64,000 nt of DNA from Podarcis tiliguerta (Eukaryota), in assembly GCA_965153285.1 (NCBI GenBank), contig OZ229110.1; one strand, written 5' to 3'. A program made the translations under genes and the position numbers. Below the pieces are notes generated by a model that saw only the letters and a list, made by a program, of their open reading frames with translations, was not told where the DNA came from and ran no database searches. This document shows positions 13,101 through 25,100 of the stretch, one piece after another. The first letter of the stretch is position 1, and the number at the start of each line of letters is the position of its first letter.

Positions 13101-16100
13101 CCTCTGTTGAAGTAGAGTTGCTGAATCCTTTGCTTGGCATGTTCTCTATACACATTGAAAGTCCCACGTAAGAACTGCTAGAAGTGGGTTTCCCCCTTGC
13201 GGCCAAGAGCCCATATTAGAGCACTTTTGGCATAATGCATATTCTGGGCTAGAGGAGATTCGGCTCCGGGCTCAGTGTCTGGGTACAATAAATCAGGAAT
13301 TATTCAGGAATGGCCTCTGGAATGTGAACCCCCAAAGTCAGGATTCCTGTTTGATGTGTCAAAACAGGAATCTAACCTAGCTAGCTGAGAACTTGGATAT
13401 CTGTCCACTCCCCTACATACTGATGGTCCAGGGTGGGGAACCTATGTCCCCTCCAGAAGTTGGCCTCCAAGTCCCAATAGTCTCAGCCAGCATTGTCAAT
13501 GGTGAGAGATTATGGGAGTTGTGGTCTAGCAACCTCCGGAGGACCACAGGTTCCATATTCCCGATCTAGAACAGCAAACTGACCTCCTTGTGTTGTCTGC
13601 TATGGTGGCTGTGCTTGCAGGGCCTTACCTAGCGGAGGCCCCTATGATCCTGGACAAGCCGGATGTGGTGTATGCAGTGGAGGGGCAGCCGGCCAGCATC
13701 ACCGTAACCCTCAACCACGTAGAGGTTGCTGTCACCTGGAGAAGGTAGGGAAGCTCCCAAGTCACACTTCTATAGAATCCAGCTCACAGACTTGTTGGTA
13801 CGCTGTTGAGTCAACTGCATGTGCCATGACGATGTTAAGATCTGGGATGAGAACAGCTGCCTTGTATCTTTGGGAAAGGGAGGAGGAGGGTGAAAGGGAA
13901 AGAAAAAATAAACGAAGGAGGGATTTTTTCTAAGAGTGGCCTGCAAGGAAGGTATTTGGCTTTTGCTGTGTTTTATTTCATTGCTTGTTTATAGCCCTAG
14001 TCTCCAGGCTCAAGGTGAGGTAGAATAATTTCACCAGAAAATCTGATGTCGCTGAAGGACTCACAATTTAAAGGCCATTTTGTCCTTAGCTTGGAGCGCA
14101 AGCCTGGGTTTGACATCAAATGTTGAACTCAGCAATGGCAAACCATGACCCTTTTGGTAAGTCCACCTGTCTGATACAGGTCTTTGCAGTGGAGGCTGGC
14201 CCATTAGGAGAATGAGAGACTGCCCCACAATCCCAGATCTTCCTCAACCCCAGCCCCTACTTGCCTGCCTTTGTAGTTACAAACAGTCCAGGAGACGGTA
14301 CTGGCTCTCAGCTTCTTCCTACTTAGTCTTTTTAACAGAAAGGATGGGTACCAAACTGGGATTAGTTAGCTCTGTCTGTCATTGCCTCTGGCTCTACCCA
14401 CAGTTTGGGCTCCCTGCTTTCTCCCCTAACAGTACCCTAATGGGTCTCTGCAAACACCTGTGCGTCTCATGTTCCCACTTTCAGATATATGGCTGAAATA
14501 TCTTAGGTGGACGCCAAGGATGAAATTGTCACAACTTTAGCAACCTACGGCACTGAGTGGGTTATACAGTGTTTGGCTGAACATTCATTCTCACCATCTT
14601 TTAATTTATTGGAATATGCATGAAAAGGAATTATAACACATTTTTTTATATTGTATAACTTTAGTTTCAGGTGTGACTCAACAGCTCCTCATGCTGCTAA
14701 TGTTTATGTTTCAAATTAATCAAAAGAGCTGTGTTATGCGTCACCCCCATGAAATATGTCGTGCTTCTCATCAGGAGCTCAGTGTTAAGATTCTGAACAG
14801 AAGCAAGAGCTGTGCTCTTAATTGCTGAGGAACCTGGATTTGGTATGAAGCCACAGAGGCAGTTGGTGAGGCAAGGTGACAAGGAACTGCGAGTGGCAAA
14901 AGGGGTGCAACAGAGGAGGCTCCCTTATGCCGAGTCAGACCGGCAATCCATCTGGTTCAGGGTTGTGCCATACTGCCTGGTTGTGGATCTCTGACAGGGA
15001 ACATTCCCAGCCCCACCTGGGGACACCAGGGAATGAACCTGGGACCTTCTGCATGCCAAGCAGATACTCTACCACGGAACTATGTCTCTTCTCCGAAGTA
15101 GTGGGATTTATAAGGTGGGCTTCTACTAACTCCCATTGTGCTCCTGGCAGGCGCCTGACTTAGCGCTATGTTGAATACAACCCTGAGCCTCCCACCCCAT
15201 GCTCTTCTGCCTTCTCCCTGCCAGGTCCGGTGTGGTGCTGAAGGACAGCGATGCCAGCTGGGAGATGAGCATGCCCGATGATGACCAGCACGCCTTGCGA
15301 TTCTTTCGGGTGGGCAGGGGGGATGTGGGGGAAATGACCTGCGAGGTGAGCAACCAGCATGGATATGACCACTGCTTCATCAGCTTGGAGTTGGCAGGTA
15401 TGGGATGCCCAGAACCCCTGACATGCTCCAACATCGTCCCCAGTCTTGGCTCTCGGCCGTGTCTCCGCTGATGACCATGCCCCACATCCTTATATATGGA
15501 GTCACAGCCTCGCCTATTGGGATAAAACTTGCCTTTAAGCTCTTCCCAGAATCTGGAAGCAGACTTAGGGCTCACCCAAGCCACAGCCAGGTATCACAAG
15601 AGGCAGCAGTCTGCTCTCAGTCCTAGGCTTTCACATAAGCTGGATATCACAAGGCCAGAGGAGAAGGTCTTCCCCAGAGGGAGGGAGGAAGATATGCAGC
15701 TTCTTTAGTGAACTAAGCTAGGAAATTTATTTATTTTGGGGTCACTTAGGGAGGGGAGGGGATCTTCCCTTGTTTCAACAAATTATGTGTTTCTGTCCCC
15801 AGAGGCACCCCGCTTTGAATCGATCATGGAAGACATTGAGGTTGGGGTGGGCGAGACGCCACAGTTTTCTGTGGTGGTGGAGGGCAAACCCCTCCCGGAC
15901 ATCATGTGGTACAAGGTGAGTGTGGGTCTTGGTCTTGGGGAGGCTGCCTGTGACTGAAGGATGTTCCTAAGCTTCAGTCTATGCGTCTACTGTGTCCACC
16001 CTGTCAGTGGCTCTCAGTTTTAACTCCTAGGGCCCATGATATCTCAGCCATGGCCTTCTCCTCAGTGGAGCAGATTCCCCTCAATCCTAACCTACTCAAG

Positions 16101-19100
16101 GGCTTCTTGGCCTGACATGAGATACTCAGGAGTCTCTGAGTGGCTAACTGCTTAGAAGTGGGGCATGTGCCTTCTGTCCTTTCATGTGAATAGCCAGGGC
16201 CCAATGGTGTGGAATTAAGGCCTGCCTAATATTCTCATTCCCTGCATCTTGAATAATACAACTAACTAAGTAGAGACATGGGTTTGTTCAGAAAGAGAAT
16301 CAATTGAGGAAAGGGCCTTGGACAGGGAGTCTCAAAGAGAAGCTCAATCCTCTTACAGTTTCCTGAAGAAAACTGGGCCTGTAACAGCACAGTAAGAGAA
16401 AACCGTAAAGGAGATTTCTTCAACCTGTGCTTAGGGATGATGGGAGTTGTAGTCCAAGAACATCTGGAGGGCAACAGGTTGGGGAAGCCTGTCACATGAA
16501 ATGGTTCCGCCTATCTGATGTTTGCAAGTGGCTTGTCTTGATGAAATATCCCCACTAGGATGAGGTGCTCCTGACGGAAAGCAACCACCTGAGCTTTGTG
16601 TACGAGGAGAGCGAATGCTCGCTAGTTGTGCTGAACACTACAGAGCAGGACAGTGGGGTCTACACGTGCATCGCCCGCAACCTGGCTGGAGAAGTGTCTT
16701 GCAAGGCCGAGCTGGTTGTCCATGCAGGTACGTGATATTGTGCTAGTCATAAGAGCTGCTGGGCTTTAGTTGGGTGCCAGGACTGCAAAAGCAGTGTTGG
16801 CTGTGGGTCTCCTACTGGACCATGGTGGGTGCAAAGGCAAGGCTAGAATTGCAACTGGCAATGCTCAAATCTCGAGATGGCATGTGTGCTGCCCAACCCA
16901 GCATCTCTGAGGTCATTTGGTGGAGTTGGAGGCTTTAGTACAACAGGCAGAAGATTCCATTGACTTGACTAGGCAAGGGCAGAAGGCCAGACTCCTGTCA
17001 TACTGAGAGTGATCCTGACCAAACCAGAGACTGCCTGCCCATCACAGGAGGTATATTGACCATCTCTGCTCTGTTCCAGCCTAAGAACCCTACATGGAAC
17101 ATTGGTAACTGGTTTATACAATCAGACCAGCACAGTATTGTCTACAGAGTTCTAAGCAGGTGTCTTCCCCTGATCTATCTAGAGATGCCAGGAACTGAAC
17201 CTTGGACCTTTTGCATGTGGAGCACATACTCTACTGCTGAGCTACAGCGCGCAGTTGGCCACTGTGAGAACAGAGTCCTACCCCAGATGGTTCTTTAGCC
17301 TGATCAAGCAGGAGCCTTGTCATGTTCTTACGTTCTCAAATATGAATTTGGAAGCACACCCAGAGTGTGAATGAGGATGCTCATCCCCTCCCCAATGATG
17401 TTTAAGCCAGGGATTCACTCATTCAGGTGATCTGTGGTGTGTCCGTGGATTTGTGGTTGAAGATGGGGAATGGCGCACCCATTGCATTAGTGATACTGAT
17501 TTTTAATTGTATTTGTACTGCTTATATTATTTCTCATCTTGTATTTTATTGTATTAAAGTTTGAATTCTATGGAATAACAACATATAAGAAAGACATCAT
17601 AATTGCTACACGAGGCAGAAAAATGATTAAGTGTTCCAACAAGACGCTCTGAAATTTTCCAGTGGTCCATGGTGAAAAGATTTGGGAACCACTAATTTAA
17701 ACCCAAGTCCATAAGGGAGTCCCTCATAATGGACTTCCTACTAAAGATTTGCACAACCCATAAAGATTTGCACAATCCTTATTCCTCTCATAATATTGTA
17801 CCAGTGTGGGTCAATAGGATAAGAGTCAGCTCTACATGAGGATGATGAAGCTTCCCAGGTGAATGTCAAAGGGGGACAGGAGGAGTCATGGTCTTGTGCT
17901 GCTTATGCTCCCCCCCCCCAAATACCCCTGATCTATCACTGCTGCTCCCACGGTTGCTCTCTCTAGCTGTGCCAGATGCTGACGCCGCACGGGCAGAAGA
18001 AGCCGCACACACAGCTCGTCGCCTGGCTGAATATTACGATGTCCACGAGGAGATTGGCAGGTGAGGGAGTCCTCAGGGAAGATAAAGCAGGTTATACTGG
18101 GCCTTCCTCTTGGTGTGAGGTGGCTCAGGCTTGAAGGCTCCTTAAAAAGGAATGGGAAACCTGTGACCATGGAGATGTTGTTGGGCTCCATCAGTCCCAG
18201 CCAACATGGTCAGTGATGGAAACTGTAGTCAAACAACGTCTGCAGGGCCACAGGTCAGTCACCCTGACATGCAAAGGAACGGATGCACTACTTGCCCACA
18301 GGAGTTTTGCTGGACTTACAAACACAGGTCCACCCATGGGTTGACCAGGTCTGTCCCCCTGGTGTACAGTTTACTGTTACCTGGGGTTCAGTGCAGTTGT
18401 CAGAAGCTCACACAGTAAGGCAGTGGCAGCATCTTGCTGCTTTTCCACCTTTGCTCACATATGGGGATTTAATCTGAATCGATTCTTCCTGGGGGGAGGG
18501 GGGCAATTGCCTCTCACTCCCAAGTACGTGGAAGGATGTAGCAGACACCTGCCTGTACGACCACCTTGTCCCTGAACTGTGGCAAAGCCTCCCGGCTTCC
18601 AGAACACTCTGCTGGTGATAGTGGCACAGCCTCAACCCTGGGAGTTTGCTCTGGGATTAGAGCCTTTCACCGAGGCTTCTCATGCGGCTTTGGTAAAAGC
18701 CTGTGCTTTACCAGCATTTAATTGATATATTAATTGGAGGCCTCTCCCTTCCGGTTTAGAACAAGTTTTCTAGAGAGGACTAGAAAACAGCAGGGGCTGG
18801 GCCCTTTGCTTCCCCATCACTCCTCCCTCTTCACAGGAGAAGTCACTCTGCCATGCCCTCTGACCTCTTTCCTTGACCAGCTGGGTCAAGGTCAAAACAG
18901 GATGACCATAACTCAGCAAAACAAGGGGAAGAGCAAGGAATGGGTCTGGGTGGTGCCTCATGATGACCTGTGCTGTTCCTCAGGGGAGCCTTCTCATATG
19001 TGCGGCGAGTGACCCAGAAGAGTTCCGGTTTGGCCTTTGCTGCCAAGTTCATCCCGTGCCGCGCCAAAGCTAAGAAATCAGCACGCCGTGAGCTTGGCAT

Positions 19101-22100
19101 CATAGCTCAGCTGGACCACGAACGCATTGTCTACTTCCATGATGCCTTTGAGAAGAGGAATGCCATCATCATTGTCATGGAGTTGTATCCTCTATTTGGG
19201 AGATCTGGTGGTGCTTGGGAGACCCAGTATCCAGTGCAGTAGGCCATTTAAAAAATGTATGTTTTATTTTTTGGTAATGGTTATGAGGTACTCCTAGGTG
19301 GACACTGCTTTTGAGAAGCTGGCAGGATGGGGTCTCTACTTACATGACATTCCCCTTGACGGACTATACAGCTGCACAGGAGAAGAACTGCTAGAGCGGA
19401 TTGCGAGGAAGACCTCTGTGAGCGAATCTGAAGTAAGAGCAGGCTGCTGTCATGGGAACAGGCCCTGAAGGCCATCTTATCTTCATTGTCCTGGAAGGGC
19501 TTCATTTCTTAGAAAATGTACTAACGCTCCTTTTTCAGCCTGTATGGCTTTCCTATTAGTTTACATGTAATAATAAAAAAACCACAGCAAAAGAAAACAA
19601 CTGTATAGGCAGTGAAGCAGCAGGTAAAGTAAAATAATAAGAGTTTGAAAATGATTGAAAAGCAATAGATCTTAAAAATAAAAACCTAGCTAAACAAGTA
19701 CCAGAGACAAGGACGAGCAGATTTCCATAGCAATGACAAGTTGGTGGTTTGGGCTCCAATCCCACCTTCTGTGTGTGTCTAATTGGATGTCTCTCTGTTT
19801 GACTGTACCTTACTCTGACTGTTGCTGGGTTACTCACCTGCAGATACGTTGCTACATGCGGCAGGTCCTGGAGGGTGTCAGCTACCTCCACCATCATGGC
19901 ATCTTGCACCTTGACATTAAGGTGAGTGCTCCCTGGCGTGTCCTGCTGTGGTCAGCCTTGGCCCTCATCTGTATTCCCTGAGCATTTGGCTTAGCCCGGT
20001 TGGGATTCAACTCTTCCTTTGTACAGGCTGAAATCATGGGCCCCATCATACATTTAAAGTACTACGATACCACTTTAAACAACCATGGCGTCCTTCCTGC
20101 AAAGGGGAATGTAGCTTACTAAGGCTGCTCCCCTCACAGAACTAGGATTTCTAGAGTAGTTTAACAACCAGTCCTTCCCAAGGAACCTAGTGTAGTGCAG
20201 CAAAATTATTATTCCTTATTATTCTTTATTAAATTTATATACCACCCTGTATCCACAGGTCTCAGAGGAGTTCACAGGATAAAATTACAAGATAAAAAAC
20301 ACAAAATACATAATCAAAATATCAACAGAAACAGCCGAATAACGCACCCCAACATATAAAAACAGTTTTAAAAATTTACTTTTAAAAAAACAACACAATT
20401 AAAAAGCAGTTTAAAAGTAGTTTAAAAGAATGTAAACAGTACTCTCTGCTGGGCAGCAGCAGTTCTTTTTTCAGGCCCCGCCCCCCTAGGCCTGGTGGAG
20501 AGAGGCAGGAGCAGGACCCTCAGACCCTCAGCAGGTGTTCCTTCCTTCCTGGGCAGCAGTCCTTTTGTTGTCTGTCAGGCCCTGTCCTGACAGGGAATGG
20601 CTAAACTAATATGATCTTTGATGCCGTGGAATTAGACTTTGCTCTAGAAATGTGTTGGCGAGAGCTGCTGTCCTGTATTGCAGAAACAATTGGAAGGCCC
20701 CAGGCTTGTCTCCCTTGCTTTTCAATTCCCTAACATCCTTGGCTTTCCACCAGATTTCCACTGGGCCAATGAATGGGCTGCAAGGAGGTTCTGGGAAGCT
20801 TATGGAGTAAGAACCAGCTTGGGTAGCCAAAGGTATCACACTGCCTTGTGAGAACAAAAATTCCAAATAACCTGAGGTTGATGGCAGAACCCCCCTTATA
20901 ATATATGCTTGTTAAATAGAGAGTGATGTTCTCAAGGTACCTGTAATCTATAGTATGTTGTTGTTGTTTGTTTGTTTGTTTGTTTGTTTGTTGTTTGTTT
21001 TATACCCTGCCTTTTCCCCTGATGGGACTCAAGGCACCTTACAGATTAAAAATAAAAAACATAGGAAAACATCTGTAAAAAAACAACTAAACATTGATAG
21101 AATTTAAACTATACACATAAATAAAATCTATTAAAACTACAGTAAGGGTGAGCAGAAGGTGGACTGGGATCTACTAGTAGATTTCTGGGTGACTTGATGT
21201 AGATTGGCAAGGATTTCTGACTCCCCAATTGTTTAACAATGACAGCAACAAAATTATTATTGTCATCATTGATTTATCAGTTGCCTTCTGAACAGCTGTC
21301 TCAAGACGATGTGCACTAAAGATAATTAGAAACAGTTAAAAACACAAAAAAGCAAACACATTTAAAACAAAACTAAAACTGTATAATGTAGACACTTGTG
21401 GTAAAGACCCATTTATCTAGCTGGGAAAGCCTGGCTGAACAAAAATGTCTTCAGTTGTTTCCGGAAAGTGCAGATAATGGGTGCCTGTCACATCCCTCCC
21501 TTAATTATACTGCTGAAATGAAGGAAAAAAACATTTTTAGGGTGGGAGGATAACCAGGAGTGGATTTTTGTGTGAAAGGATTGTGAGCTCTGTTTTGTTC
21601 TCTTACTCAAAACAAATTATTGGGTCTGGTTCTTTTATTCTGAGAAACACATTTGAGATTTTTCAGGAACCATACAATAAAAGCAAACCAAGATGTAAAC
21701 CAGCACACATAGTACTTAAATGTACAGAATAGTATACAGAGAACCCCAAACAAGGGAGAAAAGGAAAGAATGAACCCCTCCATCCCCGGTCCAGAATGGG
21801 AATAACACCAGGAAGAAGACACACCTTGTACACAATCTCACCATTAGGACACACATATCACAAAACAATGAAAGAAAATGGGGGCGGGAGGTATGCACAT
21901 TCTATGGGACACGATAAGAAATGATGCCGCCCCACCTACGATATCACACTTCACCAGAAGAATTGATGGCAGAGAGACGGCCTGGGCTCCCCCACCCTGT
22001 AATTATTATAAGGGGGGAAAAGGAACCTGCCACTTTTTAGTTCACCTCTGGCTGGGTGCGTTTTTCAGATAAAGCTTCCTGCCATACCTGGTTGTGCCAC

Positions 22101-25100
22101 CTCTGGAGGGTAGGTTGTGGTTCGCTTTTCCAATCTCCATCCATGTAACCTGGAGGAGATGGATCATTAGCATGGCGTTGAAAATTTTAATGTGACATGC
22201 TGGTACAGTTCTCTGGATTTGTGCAAAACTAAGGGATCAATAAACACACACGCTCCTCCATTCAGGAGATTGCTGGAAATAGTTACAAGCATGCACAGCA
22301 TTGAGGAAGTAGTGGACATGAAAAGGGGCTAGACACCTTTCTGAAGGCCACAGCATAGCTCACTGGTGTGAATAATGCAATGTTGGCTGTAGGGAATCCC
22401 CTGGAGAAGGGAATGATTTCTGTAATCTGTGCCTATTGTGGGTGAGTATCTGTCACGTTTCACAGTTGTGAATTATTTTGCTTACTTAGCAGCTTTTTCT
22501 AGGGGGGCACCTCCTTAATACCTCTCCACTTTCCTTTCCCACAGCCTGAAAACTTGCTGCTGGCTGAACCCGGCAGCGATCAGGTGCGGATCTGTGACTT
22601 CGGCAATGCCCAAGAGCTGATTCCGGATGAGCTGCAGTACTGCAAGTATGGCACCCCCGAATTTGTGGGCCCCGAGATTGTCAGCCAGAGTCCAGTCTCC
22701 GGTGTCACCGATGTCTGGTAAACAGATGCACCTGCACAATATGATGTATGCCTGTGCACACACATCCCTGAAATGAGCGCCAGAAAGGAGAAATTAAAAG
22801 CTAAAGGGGAATTCCTGAACTTGAGTATTGGGCAATTTCAGGGAGGAGGAATTACTGGGATAGGCCCTTGCTTAACCTGTAGTCCAGAAGATTTTTCTGG
22901 GACTGTGGGATGCCTATTGGAAGAACAAACTCAATTGGACCTGGGCTTGCAATTGCTGGTTTGCATGGGGCAGAGTCAGCACAAGTGAGGTGTCAGGGTT
23001 GCTCCCTGTGCAGCTTGTTTTGCCTTGACTCTTGCAGATCAGCCCATGCTGTTTCCCCTTAAAGACAGTGCAAAACACTTTTGTATAAGTCTTACTTGGA
23101 GAATGTGAGCATGATGCACTGGCTCATTATCGCCCATTCTACTGTAGTGGATTTGTTTCAACCTTAAGTTGGATCTTGAAGACTGTTACAAATCCAACAC
23201 TGCAGACCCTAGAATGGCCTGGTTCTCTGGACTCCCTGATCATGGAGCCATACCATTTGCTAGCCAGGGGCTAATCTAATCTATCTATTGTTACATGCAC
23301 CCCAAGGCTCGAAGCAGTGAGAACTCCAGGGGTGTGTCATAAACTTGATTTCTGAAGGCTTGCTTTTGTTTTGTGACATATGGTTTATTTTCACATGCAT
23401 ACAGTACAAGTTGAACATAGGTGGAGTTTCACAGCATTAAACACACACCAGCAGATGCTTCTCCCTCATCAGGTTAGGGGGGCCACCAGCAATGTAGTAT
23501 TCTTGCAGAGAGCAAAAACAGAGGCATATGAGTTAGCACATTCCACAACTGGGAGAGGGAAGGTAAGCCCCCTTCCCAAAAGGCTCTCTTCTGGCAGAGG
23601 GATCTCCAGCCTATAGCTCCTGTAGAAACAGATCACTTCTACTTGACCATCTATTTTGCAGAAAAAGCCACCACACCTTATCTGACAACTGAAACAGCCC
23701 TTCTGTTGTCCAGACCCTAACCTTACAATCACAGAATCATTGAGTTGGAAAGAACCTCAACCAGCTCAACCCCTGATACCATCATCCCATTTAATCTATC
23801 TATCCAGGTACCACCTGGATCATATAACTTAACTCCTCCTAGAGATGTCCTGTCAAAGCACTGAAATTTTGTCTGTTCTTTCTTTACAGGCCAGTGGGAG
23901 TAATCACATATCTATGGTAAGCCTCAGCTTGGAGGACTGTGCTAGGACTGTTCAGGTTGTTCCCATCTCCCTTGCAGCTCTACCATATTATGGTAAAGAG
24001 AAGGCACAATGAGAAATACCAGGGCTCTTGCTTGTCCTGGAAGCAGATAATTCCACCACTATGCTTTGACATAGTGTTCCCATTCAGTTCTCCAGAAAGC
24101 CATGCTCTACTGACTCCAGGGTGTGAATTACGGGTTGGGGAACCTTGAAAAGCTACCCCAGTAAATTTCCTCACCCCATCACTACATCCTTGCATGCAAG
24201 GGCATGGGAAACCCAGAAAGCTTGCCCCAAGCCTGCGAGCCATGATTTTCTGACTATTCTCTCTCTCAGTCTCACAGGAATCTCCCCGTTCGTGGGTGAG
24301 AACGACAAGACCACACTCATGAACATCCGCAACTACAACGTGGCTTTTGAGGAGAGTATGTTCACAGGACTGACGAGAGAGGCTAAAGGCTTTGTTATCA
24401 AAGTACTGGTCAATGATCGCCTGTAAGTAATAGGGTATATTAAGGGTCTCCCTGAGGATTAGATAGAGGCATTTACCTGTGTGGGATGCAAAGAGGACTC
24501 CCCACACACATACTCCCTGCCCCCATGGCAGAGAGAGGGGGAAAACAACTAAAATTATTCCTTCTCTGAGAAAGGGAAAGCTATGTGTCCAGAGGCACAG
24601 AAAGAAAAGCCACCTTAGAGTGGGGGCCAAAGAGAGTCCCAGGCCTCCCCTACCAGCAGGCTGCCAGGGCTTTGCAGAGAGAAAATTATGCTCTAGGGCC
24701 CCTCCAGACATCCTTTTATTGTGTGTTGATGATGATTTGTGCTCAGGATGCTCTCAGGGTGGCCACACGTGATTCTGTGGCTTCCTGCTGAAATCCTGCG
24801 ACTTTTTATACCACAAGGATTCTGGTATACTTTTGTTCAGTTTTTGTAGTCTTATAGCCCCTACAGGTGGCAATAATGTGATAGCGTTGAGGAAGCATTA
24901 CAGAAGTCAAAGGAAATCAAAATAAATCTCTAATGGACTGTTATTGTGCCAAGAACATATTGCAGAACACACACACACACACACACACACACAATAAAAC
25001 AACTGCCCAAAGGGGCCAACATGTACTACATCCACTTTAACACACCTTTTGCACTTAGGAAAATTACAGAGATATGCACTGGAAAGTGTGGGACGAATGA

